NCBI GenBank assembly: GCA_963692675.1
Contig: OY830043.1
Span: 99,008-163,007 of the forward strand
Length of the DNA stretch: 64,000 nt
DNA from: Mycoplasmatales bacterium
Lineage (GTDB): Bacteria; Bacillota_I; Bacilli_A; Mycoplasmatales; G963692675
Direction of reading: 5' to 3'
Below are positions 48,969-59,695 of the stretch, piece by piece (position 1 is the first letter of the stretch; each line of letters opens with the position of its first letter). The notes beneath the pieces are model-generated. The model ran no database searches, was not told the origin of the DNA, and saw only the letters and a program-made list of their open reading frames with translations. The position numbers and the translations under genes were made by a program.

Positions 48969-50438
48969 TTAAAATGTTGTTCTAAATAAAAGTAAAAAAG
49001 GTAAAAGCACTTTTCCAAGTTGTGATAATTTATGCTTTTTATTATTTCATTTTATGCATGATAATTCATCATAATATCATTTCTGAAAAAAGGTTCTGGT
49101 ACTTTTTGGTTCATTAATTAGAAACATTAATTCATAATTCATATAAAAACTACGATTATCAAAATTATTAGTTCCACTAAAAACTACATCATCACAAAGA
49201 ATAGTTTTGGAATGAACATATGAATGCTTAAGCATTAGTACTTTAATGTTTTTTTTATCTAGACGACTTGCATTATATTTAGTAATTATATAAACAGATT
49301 TTTTATCAGCATAATGAGGAATCATCACTTTTACATCGATTCCTTTTTTGGCTAAATTAATTAATCCTTCAATTAGTCATTCTGGTGAAGATAAATAAGG
49401 TATATAAATATAGAATTTTTTCTTACATTTTTCTATTAATTTTTTTACTGCTGCTTCATGTTTAATATAAGTGTATTCTGGCTGGTTTTCAATTACTTCC
49501 ATATTGTTCAAAGTACAATCACACTTTCCTTCTCATACATATTCAAAACCATGAAATTTATTTGCATTGATTGATATGATTCTTTTTAAAATTTGAGCAA
49601 TGTTTGAACCTTGAATATAAAAGTAATTATCATTTCAATATCCCATTCTTTTTTTTTGATGAATATACAAATCACCAATATTAGCACCACCAACAAAACA
49701 CTTGTGGGCATCAATAATAACCACCTTGTAATGGGCTCTTAAATTAGCACTAAAGGATGTTGGAAAATGACCCTTAAATTGCTTAATTATTTCAATTATA
49801 GCTCCTTCTTTTTCCAAAGAAATAAGATCATCATTTTTCGCACCAAACATTTTACTTGAGCCATCAATAGCAACATAAATTTTGACTCCTTGTTTCAGTT
49901 TTATTTTGAGAGCTTTTAATAATGCACTTTTATTTCTTCCCTGAAGAATGTAAAAAAAAGAAATACATATTTCATTTTTAGCATTCAGTATCGCATCATG
50001 AATTGAATTCATTCATGAAGATGAATCTAAGTAACAATAACTTTTTTCATAGGTTGCAGTTACTGCTCCTTTTAAAAATGGGTTTTTATCAATTATTAAA
50101 TTATTTTTAATTATAGATGATACACGATTAGTAAACTCTATCTGATCTTCCTTAGTATAAGAAATAATTCCATTAAGGATAAATAAAAAATTCCCAATAA
50201 TGGGAATTAATAGAATTGCTGCAATGAAGCCAATAATGGTTTCTTGCCGACGACGATTATCTATCCCAAGCATAAGCATAATTATGGGAATAGGTAATAA
50301 TCAATATCCAATAAATAATGCTAAAAAGTTTTTATATGATTGGTTTGTGAAAATAAATAGTAATAAGAAAAATATAAAAGATGAAAGATAAAACAAACTA
50401 ATAATTCTGCATGTTCCTACAATTTTTTTATTTATCAT
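48969..50438 (-). CDS. cls: cardiolipin synthase (PLD family)
   Basis: Fragments 50013-50279, 49635-50012 and 49077-49328 are in one frame. N-terminal TM helices. Two HKD motifs are present (HYKVVIIDAHKCFVGGANIGD and HSKTILCDDVVFSGTNNFDNRS). Confidence 0.8.
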
Positions 50439-50539
50439 TATCTTTCCTTTTATCACCACCTTACATTTGTTACTTGTTATTTTTCTTATTATACAACTAT
50501 TTATTAGGTTTATAAAATAAAATATATTTGGAGGTAATT

Positions 50540-50929
50540 ATGGCTAAAGCAATTACATTTAAAAAGTTTCTTCATTTCATTGAAAAATACAAAATCGAAA
50601 GAGAAAAATTGCTTACAGATGAAAGCATTGATCATATTAAAAATTATGCTGAGAAAGGTTTTGAAGGTTATCATTTTTTGGATATAAGAAAAACAGCAAA
50701 GAATATGAGTCGTCTATTACCAACAACTAAACTTGAAAGTAATACCATTTTGTATGATTATGAAAAACTATTATCCAAAAAGAAAACTTATGTTTTCATT
50801 GATGATCATGCAACAATTGCTCCTTTAATTTGTGAAATTCTTGCTAAATTTGGTTACAAATCATACTACTTAAAAAAAGGCTTTACTGGTTTTAGTAGCT
50901 GATATAAAGATACTAAAAGTAAGAATTAG
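50540..50929 (+). CDS. rhodanese-like domain protein, probably catalytically inactive
   Basis: ATG at 50540 lies 5 nt after GGAGG (the track starts at an upstream TTG). Fold pattern FLDIR...YVFIDDHATIAP...GY..YYLKKGF..F, with Asp where the active-site Cys normally sits. Confidence 0.5.
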
Positions 50930-50960
50930 TAAATCATAAAACTAAAAGAAACTAACTTAA

Positions 50961-51051
50961 TGGCGGAGCAGGAGAGATTCGAACTCTCGCGCCAATTACT
51001 TGACCTAACCCCTTAGCAGAGGGTCCCCTTCAGCCACTTGGGTACTGCTCC
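50961..51051 (-). tRNA. tRNA-Ser (anticodon GCU)
   Basis: The reverse complement GGAGCAGTACCCAAGTGGCTGAAGGG...CTGCTAA... has a long variable arm, GTTCGAATC and CTGCTCCGCCA. 91 nt. Confidence 0.9.
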
Positions 51052-51116
51052 AAATCACACATACTCAGTTGCTTCTTAATTAAATTTTAACCTAATTCAT
51101 GTTTGTATGCTTTTTA

Positions 51117-51923
51117 TTAATAATCTCAAATAAATGGAAAAGGTCCAGATAAGTAAGAATACAAACGTTCAATCATTATTAATGGAAATTCCTTTTCCAT
51201 TTGTTCTCGGTTTAGCAAGACCTGATCATTAAAATTAAACCTTCATGCTAGTTCTTGATATTGCTTAAAAGAATGAACAAAAAGCATTTCTAATGCTCAA
51301 GAAACTGACTCAGAAATAGGAATAATGGATTTTTTAATAGCCCTTACTAAATGCAAAGGATATGCTTGTTCTTTTGTTAAAACCTCAGGATGTAAAATTC
51401 CTGGAGTATCAACAAATGAAGCAAGTTTTTTAATAGAAAACAAAGAAACCCGTTTTGTAATTCCAGGAATATTTGCAGTTGCTGCAGATGCTTTTAGTCT
51501 AAGAGCATTTATGTAAGTTGATTTACCAGAATTTGGAGAACCAACAATTATTATTGTTGGTTTAAAATCAGTGCCATAAAAAGATTTATTAATGATTCTT
51601 TTTGTTTCTTTAACTGGCATTAAAATATCATCTAATTTATCATTGTGTGCATCAATAAAATAATGCGGTAAATTAAGATTTTGAAAGAAATTAGTAATTT
51701 TTTTTACATCATATGTTTTGGGAATGAGATCTTTTCTTGATAGAATAATCACTGGTTGTTTTCTTTTTTCTTTTATTACCTTATTAAGAGTATAGTTAAA
51801 TCCAGTTCGATATATGCGAACATCTATTAGCATAAAAACACAATCGCATCCAGTAATTATTTTCATAATGGCGTCCAAAGCTTTTTTCATATGCCCTGGA
51901 TATCAGTTGAATCTTTCTGTCAT
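51117..51923 (-). CDS. rbgA: ribosome biogenesis GTPase A (circularly permuted GTPase)
   Basis: The N-terminus MTERFN-W(TGA)-YPGHM joins ORF 51297-51890. G4-like SRKDL precedes G1 GSPNSGKST. Extends to a TAA at 51117. Confidence 0.8.
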
Positions 51924-51941
51924 TATTACCACATTATTTTC

Positions 51942-52017
51942 TGGCGACCACGGTAGGATTTGAACCTACGACCCCACGCTTAGAAGGCGCGTGCTCTGTC
52001 CACTGAGCTACGTGGCC
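51942..52017 (-). tRNA. tRNA-Arg (anticodon UCU)
   Basis: The reverse complement GGCCACGTAGCTCAGTGGACAGAGCACGCGCCTTCTAAGCGTG...GGTTCAAATCC...GGTCGCCA forms a cloverleaf of 76 nt. Confidence 0.9.
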
Positions 52018-52061
52018 ATCCATTTATTTTATTTTAATAAATATCTATGAACATAAATGTT

Positions 52062-52916
52062 CTATTTTTTAAGAAAATGCTTCATAATAAATTTAGCCAC
52101 CCCATCTTGATCATTAGCACCAATAGCATGTTTTGCCCTTAGCATTAAATTTTCATTACTTGATTTGGGAATAATAATATTTTCTGTTGTTTTAAATGAA
52201 GGCAGATCATTATCAGAATCAGCAAAAATAAAAATATTTTGTCTTTTAATTTTATGTTTTTTTGAAAGCTTTTGAATTGGTGTTGCTTTTGTTTTGCTAC
52301 TAGCCATTATCATGAAAAACATTTCTTCAGCTGCTGCTCAACTGTAATTATAAGCAGAGCTTTTTTCTTTAATAAACCTCAAAGCTATTTGCTTCTTTTC
52401 TGGCTCATCTTGTAGAAGAGTAAACTTAGGTAAATCTATGTTCTTCACATGATCAATTGATTGAACAATTGATGATTTAGTTTTAAAATGCATAATAGTA
52501 TTGTGTCGTCTAAGAATTTGTCTTGCTTGTTTCGTCATATATGCCATGTAAGTTTGTTCTCCAATGTGTGCAAAGGGGTTAAGATCTATTGCGCAAGCTT
52601 CTTTTCAGATTTTACAAATCAACTTTGGTGGAAAACTATCTTTATAAATACTTTTTTCTTCATAATTAATTAATCAACATCCATTATCAGAAGAAGCATA
52701 TAAATTTTGATGTAATTCTTCTTTAAGATCTTTCATTATATTTTTAAGAAAGATTTTCATATGATTCATTGGTCGACCACTATTTAGTAAAATGATACTG
52801 GTTGGGTAAGCAATCAAAAAAGCATGTAATGCAGACTTACTATACCTTGAAATTACTGATTTATCATTTAATAATGTTCCATCTAAATCAATTGATAAAA
52901 GGTATTTTTGTATCAT
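52062..52916 (-). CDS. Cof-type HAD-IIB phosphatase
   Basis: Three in-frame fragments. HAD motif I (SIDLDGTLL) and motif IV (ADSDNDLP) are present. Confidence 0.75.
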
Positions 52917-52931
52917 AAATTGCCTAAAAAA

Positions 52932-53414
52932 TTATCTTTTGGAAAATTGAGGTGCTTTTCTGGCCTTTTTTAAACCATATTTTTTTCGTTCTTTAATACG
53001 AGCATCAGTGGTTAGTAAACCATGTTCTTTTAATATTGGACGATACTTTTCTTCATTAATTATGATAAGAGCATTTGCTATTCCTAAACGAAGAGCATCG
53101 CTTTGAGCCCCTACTCCACCCCCACGAATGGTTGCGATAAGTTGGTATTTTTCTAAAGTTCCAGTAAGAATTAATGGAAAGAGAATATTTTTAACTGCTG
53201 GTAAAAAAGGAAAATACTGGTTAATTGGTTGTTTGTTTACTAGCATTCTTTCTGAAATATTTGACAAGGTAGCAAAATCAAACTCTTTGTCCTTTCTTTC
53301 ATCTTGATTTTCTAATTTATCACCACCAGTATGTTCTCGTAATATAACCCGAGCAACAGCCTTTTTTCTTCTCCCTAGGGCTGCAAATTGTATTAATTTT
53401 TTCTTCTTAATCAT
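52932..53414 (-). CDS. rpsI: 30S ribosomal protein S9 (with ~25-aa internal insertion)
   Basis: Contains GRRKKAVARV...GGGVGAQSDALRLGIANAL...KKARKAPQFSKR. ATG at 53414 overlaps the rplM stop. Confidence 0.9.
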   Translation of the reverse strand: MIKKKKLIQFAALGRRKKAVARVILREHTGGDKLENQDERKDKEFDFATLSNISERMLVNKQPINQYFPFLPAVKNILFPLILTGTLEKYQLIATIRGGGVGAQSDALRLGIANALIIINEEKYRPILKEHGLLTTDARIKERKKYGLKKARKAPQFSKR

Positions 53415-53862
53415 TTTGTACCTCTCTTTCTGTTGGGAAATCAATTCGTTGTGGTTTTTGAGCCATTAAACTATGCTCACTATCAGGAAAAATCTTTAAT
53501 CTTGTTAATTGTCGTGCAGCAATTTTGTTCTTCTGAAGCATACCTTTTACTGCTTTATAAAGCACTTTTGTTGGATCTTTTTCATGAACTCATGCTGCTG
53601 GTCTTTCTTTTAGTTTTCCTGGTTTAGTGGAATGAGAATAATAAATTTTGTTTTCTCATTTTTTCCCAGTGAACTTAACATATCTGGAATTTATGACCAC
53701 AACATAATCACCACAATCTTGATGGGGAACATAATTTGGTTTATTTTTACCACGTAGCATATTAGCTATTTTAACTGCTAGTCTACCAACTGTTTTTTCT
53801 TTAGCATCAATTAGATATCACTGTCGCTTAGTTACATCAACATTCATTGTTGTTTCTTTCAT
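53407..53862 (-). CDS. rplM: 50S ribosomal protein L13
   Basis: Hand translation reads [42 protein letters not shown]... ATG at 53862 follows GGCAGGAG. 151 aa. Confidence 0.9.
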
Positions 53863-54066
53863 TTTATTCTCCTGCCTCTGTCCTTTTGTTCTACTATCTA
53901 ATTATATACTAAAGAGCCAAATAAAACTTCCTTTATTCTTAATTTTCTAATTTAATTTATGAAATAGAATTATTCACAAAAACAAATATAAGTGAGATCT
54001 TTCTTCTGGAAAAAATGTTTTTACTTTTAGAATTTATGAACGTTATTATTATTCGTGAAATAATTA

Positions 54067-54642
54067 TTAAAATCTATTAGCTAATTTATGATTTCAGTTT
54101 TTTACTGGCATATAAGAACATTTTGCTTGATGATCAAAAGCAAATATTGAGCATCAACTTTCTAGAACAACAAATAATCCAATTAATGGCATTAATGAAA
54201 AAGATACAATAAACAGAGCCTTTCAAAAAGCAAGTTTATGAATCCCTGCTTGCACTTTGCATATGTGACGAAAAAGTCAAATGTTTAATATAAATTGAAA
54301 TAAGATCACATAGCTTAATAAAGAAAGTCCTCCAATTATTACCAGTTCGTCAGTTTTATGTGAAAAAATGTCAATAATTCAATTTGGAACATTTTCATCT
54401 CTAATAGCTGCAGCTATATCATAATTAAATGCATCATGCACTCAGTCAGCAGCATTATTTGGTAAAACATCATATAATCAGGCTGTTTCTCCAACTACTG
54501 ATAAAATTGCTATTAAAGTAGCAATGATTAATGGAATAAGAATTAATACCCCAATAAAGATATTCATTACTGCACCATATTTCAACATTAAAAGCCTTTT
54601 TTCTAAAAAAACTTGCTTTTTATATCCTATATTTCTTTTCAT
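54067..54642 (-). CDS. multi-TM membrane protein, family B copy 2 (191 aa)
   Basis: ORF 54478-54660 extends through TGA codons to a TAA at 54067. ATG at 54642 follows GGGGAGGAAAT. Colinear paralog of 55409-55969. Confidence 0.6.
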
Positions 54643-54667
54643 ATTTCCTCCCCAAAACATGTTTACC

Positions 54668-55384
54668 TTAATAAAATCGATTGCATCTTTCCATTGATGC
54701 TAAATCCATTTCTAAGTTTTCTATTCTTTGATTCTGTCTTCTTTTATTTAAGTATATATTTTCCTTAATTCTACTGTTATTTTTTTCTAAATCTCAAATC
54801 CTTTTTTTAAGTTCTAACTTAAGAGAATTTGGAGACATAGCCTTGTGTCAACATTGGTTTTTAAAATGATTATTTTCATTAACATAATCATTTTTTTCTT
54901 GTGTGCAAGTAGTTATGACTGGCTTTCTTATGATTGGAGTTCTGTTGGCACTCACATACTGGTTAGTTAGTAAAGCTTCTTGTTTAACAGTTATTCCTGT
55001 TTTTAAACCAACTAAACCAATTAACATAAATACTCCACCACCAATACCTAAACTAAGTAACATTGCCATGATAAAATAACCTAAGTGAATTTTTGACTTA
55101 CTTCTAACTAAGCGGTTAATCTTTCCTAGTGGACACACTCCTACTAGAAAAAACATGCTAACTAGAGCAATGCTAATTGCAATTGGTTTAAGTATGTTGA
55201 GTGTTGAAACATTATCACTAAATAATCATTCATCAATACTACTTTTACTGACATTTAATGGATCAAAAATATTATCCATTATTAATGTATAAAAATTATC
55301 AACTAACTGCATTAATGTAAATGCTACACCCACTAGCAGTATTACCACAATGTTTAACACTGCTCCAAATTTATATATATTCAT
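54668..55384 (-). CDS. multi-TM membrane protein with coiled-coil/Arg-rich tail, family A copy 2 (238 aa)
   Basis: ATG at 55384 follows GGGGAGGAAAT. ORF 54848-55156 is the central fragment. The N-terminal 140 aa and the C-terminal RIENLEMDLAS motif match 55994-56713. Confidence 0.65.
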
Positions 55385-55408
55385 ATTTCCTCCCCAAAAA
55401 ATACTTTA

Positions 55409-55969
55409 TTAATATTTATAATACGGTTGTCTTATTGCTTTATAACCTTTAACTCTTCTATGAGCTGATTCAGGTGAATCAAAACTAAGTAATAACACAA
55501 AAATGGTTGTTACTCACATAAATGAAAAAATAGTCACTAATAAGGCTTTTCCTAATGCTAATTTACAAACCCCATTTGTTACCCGACTAGTATGCTTTAA
55601 TAACCATCCATTTAAAAATAATTGTACAAAAACAATTCAGCCTAAAATAACCAAACTACCAATCATTAATAGTTTATCAACATCTTGCGCTAAGATGTCA
55701 TTAATTCATTCTGGTAGGTTTTCTTTTGCTAATGCTTTTTCGATATCAAAAGCTAATACTTTCTCGATTCACTCACCCCAATTTGCAGGTAAAATATCAA
55801 ATAATAACTTTATTTCTCCAGTTACAGATAAGATACTAATAACTACTATCAAGATAATCGGAATTAGTAGCAAAATACCTAAAAAAATATTAAATAAAGC
55901 ACTAAATCTTAATCATCCAACTCTTTTATCAAAAACTCCTATTACAGAGCTAACTCTTTTTTGTCTCAT
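55409..55969 (-). CDS. multi-TM membrane protein, family B copy 1 (186 aa)
   Basis: Hand-translated and frame-checked from ATG 55969 to TAA 55409, with several TGA=Trp codons. NIFLGILLLIPIILIVVISILSVTGE aligns with copy 2. The plus-strand track ORF 55503-55997 is antisense to it. Confidence 0.6.
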
Positions 55970-55993
55970 TTTTTCTCCCCAAAATTTCCTAAC

Positions 55994-56713
55994 TTAACGT
56001 CGGTTACGTCTCCTTGTTGATGCTAAATCCATTTCTAAGTTTTCGATTCTTCGATTTTGTCTTCTTTCAGTAAAATATGCATTTTCTTCCATTCTTACAT
56101 TATGTCTTTTTAAATCTCGGATTCTCTTTTTTAATTCCATTACAGAAGCATCCTGAGCTCCTCTTTTATGAAATAAGCCTTGAGAATACTGTTCATCACT
56201 TTCATTAACATAATCCCCATCAGCTGCTACATAACTGTTTTGATCCAAAATATCAAATGTTCGATCATCTTCTTGAACATACTGATACTGATTATCTAGC
56301 AGTTGGGATTGTTTGACATATATTCCAGATCTTAAACCAACTAAACCAATCAACATAAATAATCCACCGCCAAAACCTAAACTAAGTAACATTGCAAAAA
56401 CAAAATAAAGAAGCTTAACTTTTGAACCACTTCTAATTAAATGCTTAATCTTGACTAATGGATACACTCCAACTAAAAAAAACATGACAATTAATCCAAC
56501 ACTAATCGCAATTGGCTTAAGCATGTTGATTGTTGAATAATTATCAATAAATAATAAATCATCAACAATATTTTTACTGACATTTAATGGATCAAAAATA
56601 TTCTCCATTACTAATGTGTAAAAACTATCAACAACATGCATTAATGCAAATGCCACACCTAATAGCAGTATTGCCACAATGTTCAACACTGCTCCAAATC
56701 TATATATATTCAT
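55994..56713 (-). CDS. multi-TM membrane protein with coiled-coil/Arg-rich tail, family A copy 1 (239 aa)
   Basis: Intact track ORF with a GGGGAGGAAAT Shine-Dalgarno. Several predicted TM helices are followed by an acidic linker and a basic heptad-like tail ...RIENLEMDLASTRRRNRR. Confidence 0.7.
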   Translation of the reverse strand: MNIYRFGAVLNIVAILLLGVAFALMHVVDSFYTLVMENIFDPLNVSKNIVDDLLFIDNYSTINMLKPIAISVGLIVMFFLVGVYPLVKIKHLIRSGSKVKLLYFVFAMLLSLGFGGGLFMLIGLVGLRSGIYVKQSQLLDNQYQYVQEDDRTFDILDQNSYVAADGDYVNESDEQYSQGLFHKRGAQDASVMELKKRIRDLKRHNVRMEENAYFTERRQNRRIENLEMDLASTRRRNRR

Positions 56714-56739
56714 ATTTCCTCCCCAAAAATACTTCTTCT

Positions 56740-57309
56740 TTATCGATGCCTATAATAAGGTCTTCTCCGAGCATTACCTCTTCTTACATCATAAGGTCTT
56801 CTTATAGCTCTAGATTGAAAGCTTATTGGTTTTTTTGCAAAACAACCAATAAGCATAAATATTCCTGTAGCTAAAGGTATTATTGAAAGAACTGAAACAA
56901 AAACTGCATATAATTTTGACATATCTGCTATTCCTTGTCTTGCCTTGGTTATATTTACTAAAAGTTTAATAGTCATAAGTATGTTTACACTAAAAACATA
57001 TGATGCTAATCCAAAAGAAACTCCCATAATTAACAGATCAATATCTTCAGTTAAAACTGTTTTAACCCAAGATGGTAAATGTGCTGTTACCATTTCTGAT
57101 GCAGAAGTAACATTAGCATCTAATAACAACTTTAATTGTTCAAGATCTGTTGAATTAGGAAGAATTATTTTTAATGACTCTACATTTCCAGTATAAAAAA
57201 ATGTTGCGATAATTCCAATACCAAGTGCTCCTAAAAACACTGGGATACCTAAAATAACATTAATTATTGCCCAAAATTTTAAAAAGGACATTCCTTTTCC
57301 TTGATTCAT
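56740..57309 (-). CDS. multi-TM membrane protein with Arg-rich tail, related architecture (189 aa)
   Basis: Intact track ORF with a GAGGAG Shine-Dalgarno. Same layout (TM1, ~55-aa loop, later helices ending GIFMLIGCF) and the tail RRPYDVRRGNARRRPYYRHR. Confidence 0.7.
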   Translation of the reverse strand: MNQGKGMSFLKFWAIINVILGIPVFLGALGIGIIATFFYTGNVESLKIILPNSTDLEQLKLLLDANVTSASEMVTAHLPSWVKTVLTEDIDLLIMGVSFGLASYVFSVNILMTIKLLVNITKARQGIADMSKLYAVFVSVLSIIPLATGIFMLIGCFAKKPISFQSRAIRRPYDVRRGNARRRPYYRHR

Positions 57310-57429
57310 TATAATTCTCCTCTTCAGATTCTTCTACAAACAATCTTTATTTCATTTTTAATTATTACATCCATCACATCCTCCCCGTAAATTTAATTCC
57401 TCATACTTATTATAACACAAAATTTTGAT

Positions 57430-58431
57430 TTATAGAATTGAAGTACCATGTGGGCCAATAAAGGCTAGAAAATCATATGGTCATTCAGATTTAATTACTT
57501 CAGCAACATGCATTAATTCCAAAAGATACACAACAAGCCTTGGGGTGTAGATTTTTATTGCCACAGAAGGTTTAATTAAATTTTTTTGTAATAATAATGA
57601 ATAATCATTTTTGCCACTATAGTTTACAACTTGTAGCTGATTTAGTTGGTCCTGATAGTTTGCTGAAAAAGCAAACTCAACTAATGGCCATGATCTTCCT
57701 AGTTCAGAAAACTTAGCTACTAATTTTGCATGAGATTCAATTCGATGGGTTGTGGGTAAAAAATGAAAGTCATTAGAAAAACCTTGATTATTGCGAGAAT
57801 CATCAATAATAATAAAAGGACTTTCATCTTGAGAATGTAAATCTAAAAGTGGCTGAACTGTCCTTTTGCCGAATTTTTTTATTAAATCTGAATGCATACA
57901 ATGAGGAAATGTTTTTAAAAATATTTTCCCTATATTTGTTTTATCATGAATTTTATCAACTACCTTTAATAAAGAAGTAATAAATTTATCAACTATTTTT
58001 ATCATGCCTCTTGTATCACGAGTATCATTTTTATTAAGTGTATACTCTATTTCAATTTGATTCATTTTAATAGCTGTAAGGTTATCAAGTTTTGTATCTC
58101 GTCAAATAACAGGCGTATCATAAATAATCCCAGTTATTTCATCTTGGTCATGTTTATATAGTAATCACCGTCTTGCTAAATCAAAATAGACTGGTAACTC
58201 TAAAAATAAATCAGTAGTGTTAGATGAAAAAGATATAGAGCGGCTATTTGAAGAAAAAAAGGAATGAAAAACATTATTTGCATATCTTTGAATAATTGGT
58301 GCATCAATTGGAGTTAATAAATGAGATTCTATCAATTCATTCATTAACTCTTGTTTTAAAAAATAATTATACTCCTGAATGTCTTTTAATTTTATTGTTT
58401 GCTTATAATTTTTAATAGCTTCGTAATCCAT
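57430..58431 (-). CDS. asnA: aspartate--ammonia ligase (asparagine synthetase A)
   Basis: Fragments 58165-58431 and 57481-58065 are in frame (333 aa). Colinear by eye with E. coli AsnA (LTPIDAPII, DTPVI-W-RD, C-terminal LLELMHVAEV...W). Confidence 0.8.
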
Positions 58432-58440
58432 TATTTCTCC

Positions 58441-59049
58441 TTATAAAAGGTCAAAAGGGTCTTTGATGTTTATTTTGTTTATCTCTATTTCACTAGTCTC
58501 TTCTTGTTGCTTATTATCTTTTTTAAATATCTTATTTTTGCTTAAAGGTTTCTTATCTTTAGAATGCTTAAATCTAGAAATGGTTTTATCTTTATATTTA
58601 ACTATGTCTTGCTTTAAATACTTGACTGGTTTTCGTTTTCGATCATCTTTTTCATTGATTAATTTTTCAATATCACTAATCTTAATGGCCTCAATTGAAT
58701 CAACCTCCCAGACAAACTCCTTTTTTCCAACTGGAACTTCACGCATCATTAAGGTATAACCTTTACGAATCATGGATTTCTTACCAATTTTTGGGTTAGT
58801 AACCTTTAAAATTAAATCTACTCTCCCCTCTTTGTTTTGGGCAGTAAGCGCATGGTGATAACGTTGATCAATTTCATATGAATGATTAGATAAACCATCC
58901 TTCTTTAATTGTTCTTTAACAGAAGGTTTAATAAAAGCATTAAAATTATCCTTTTGTTTCTTTTTTTTAATTATCCGATTAACAATATAATAAATTCCAA
59001 CAACAACAACTATTGCTAATAAAAGGTAAGTGATAGTCCCACCTAACAC
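58441..59049 (-). CDS. hypothetical N-terminally anchored Lys-rich protein (202 aa)
   Basis: Intact track ORF with a GTG start. One TM helix (ITYLLLAIVVVVGIYYIV), then a charged domain. Confidence 0.5.
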   Translation of the reverse strand: MLGGTITYLLLAIVVVVGIYYIVNRIIKKKKQKDNFNAFIKPSVKEQLKKDGLSNHSYEIDQRYHHALTAQNKEGRVDLILKVTNPKIGKKSMIRKGYTLMMREVPVGKKEFVWEVDSIEAIKISDIEKLINEKDDRKRKPVKYLKQDIVKYKDKTISRFKHSKDKKPLSKNKIFKKDNKQQEETSEIEINKINIKDPFDLL

Positions 59050-59695
59050 TTAGAGCCACCTTTGTATTGTTTTCATATTTTCTATTTTAACTAATTTTAT
59101 TTAAATAAGAAGTAATTAAACTGTTTTTATTAATATAAATCCATTTTTATTGAAACATATGTTTCATTTAAATTATTATCTAATTTAAGAAATTTTAGTT
59201 CAAATTAAACATTAATTTTCAAAAAAAACTAGTTATTATTCAATTCCAATTAAAGATACTAGTTTAAATAACTTTAATGTATTTGTTTGGTAATTATAAA
59301 ATTATTAGTTAACATGGTATTATTATTTTTAATAACATTAGTATTGTTCTTAACTGAGCTTACAAACCAAGTTAAAAGAGTCATCTAATTTTTTCAAACC
59401 TCATCAACATCCTTTGAAAAGCAAGGAGTTAATTGCATTAACACAGTGTATAAATTTATATCCAATTTTATATTATTAGTATTGAAAAATTAAAACCTAA
59501 TTTTCAGATCAAGCTAGAATTAGTTTACTACTTATCATGATATTGTAATTCTAATTTCTATTTTTAAAATAAGATGAATTAAGCTTGTTTACTATCAGTT
59601 ATTAAACATATAAAGATAACATAACTTCCAAGTTAACTATAAAACAAATTTCATAATCAACTAAAATGATTTTAATAATTTAAAATGATCTATCT

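Larger units (their letters stand above)
54067..56713 (-). repeat. diverged tandem duplication of an A-B gene pair (about 1.3 kb per copy: 55409-56713 and 54067-55384)
   Basis: Gene order, Shine-Dalgarno leader (TTTTGGGGAGGAAAT-ATG) and protein sequences are colinear between the copies. The 5' parts of the A genes look about four-fifths identical at DNA level by eye. Confidence 0.7.

Noticed and set aside
55503-55997. 164-aa plus-strand ORF
   Set aside because: It is antisense to membrane-protein gene B1 (55409-55969). B1's table-4 translation is colinear with its paralog B2 and carries the conserved GGGGAG leader. The plus-strand product is low-complexity and has no paralog.
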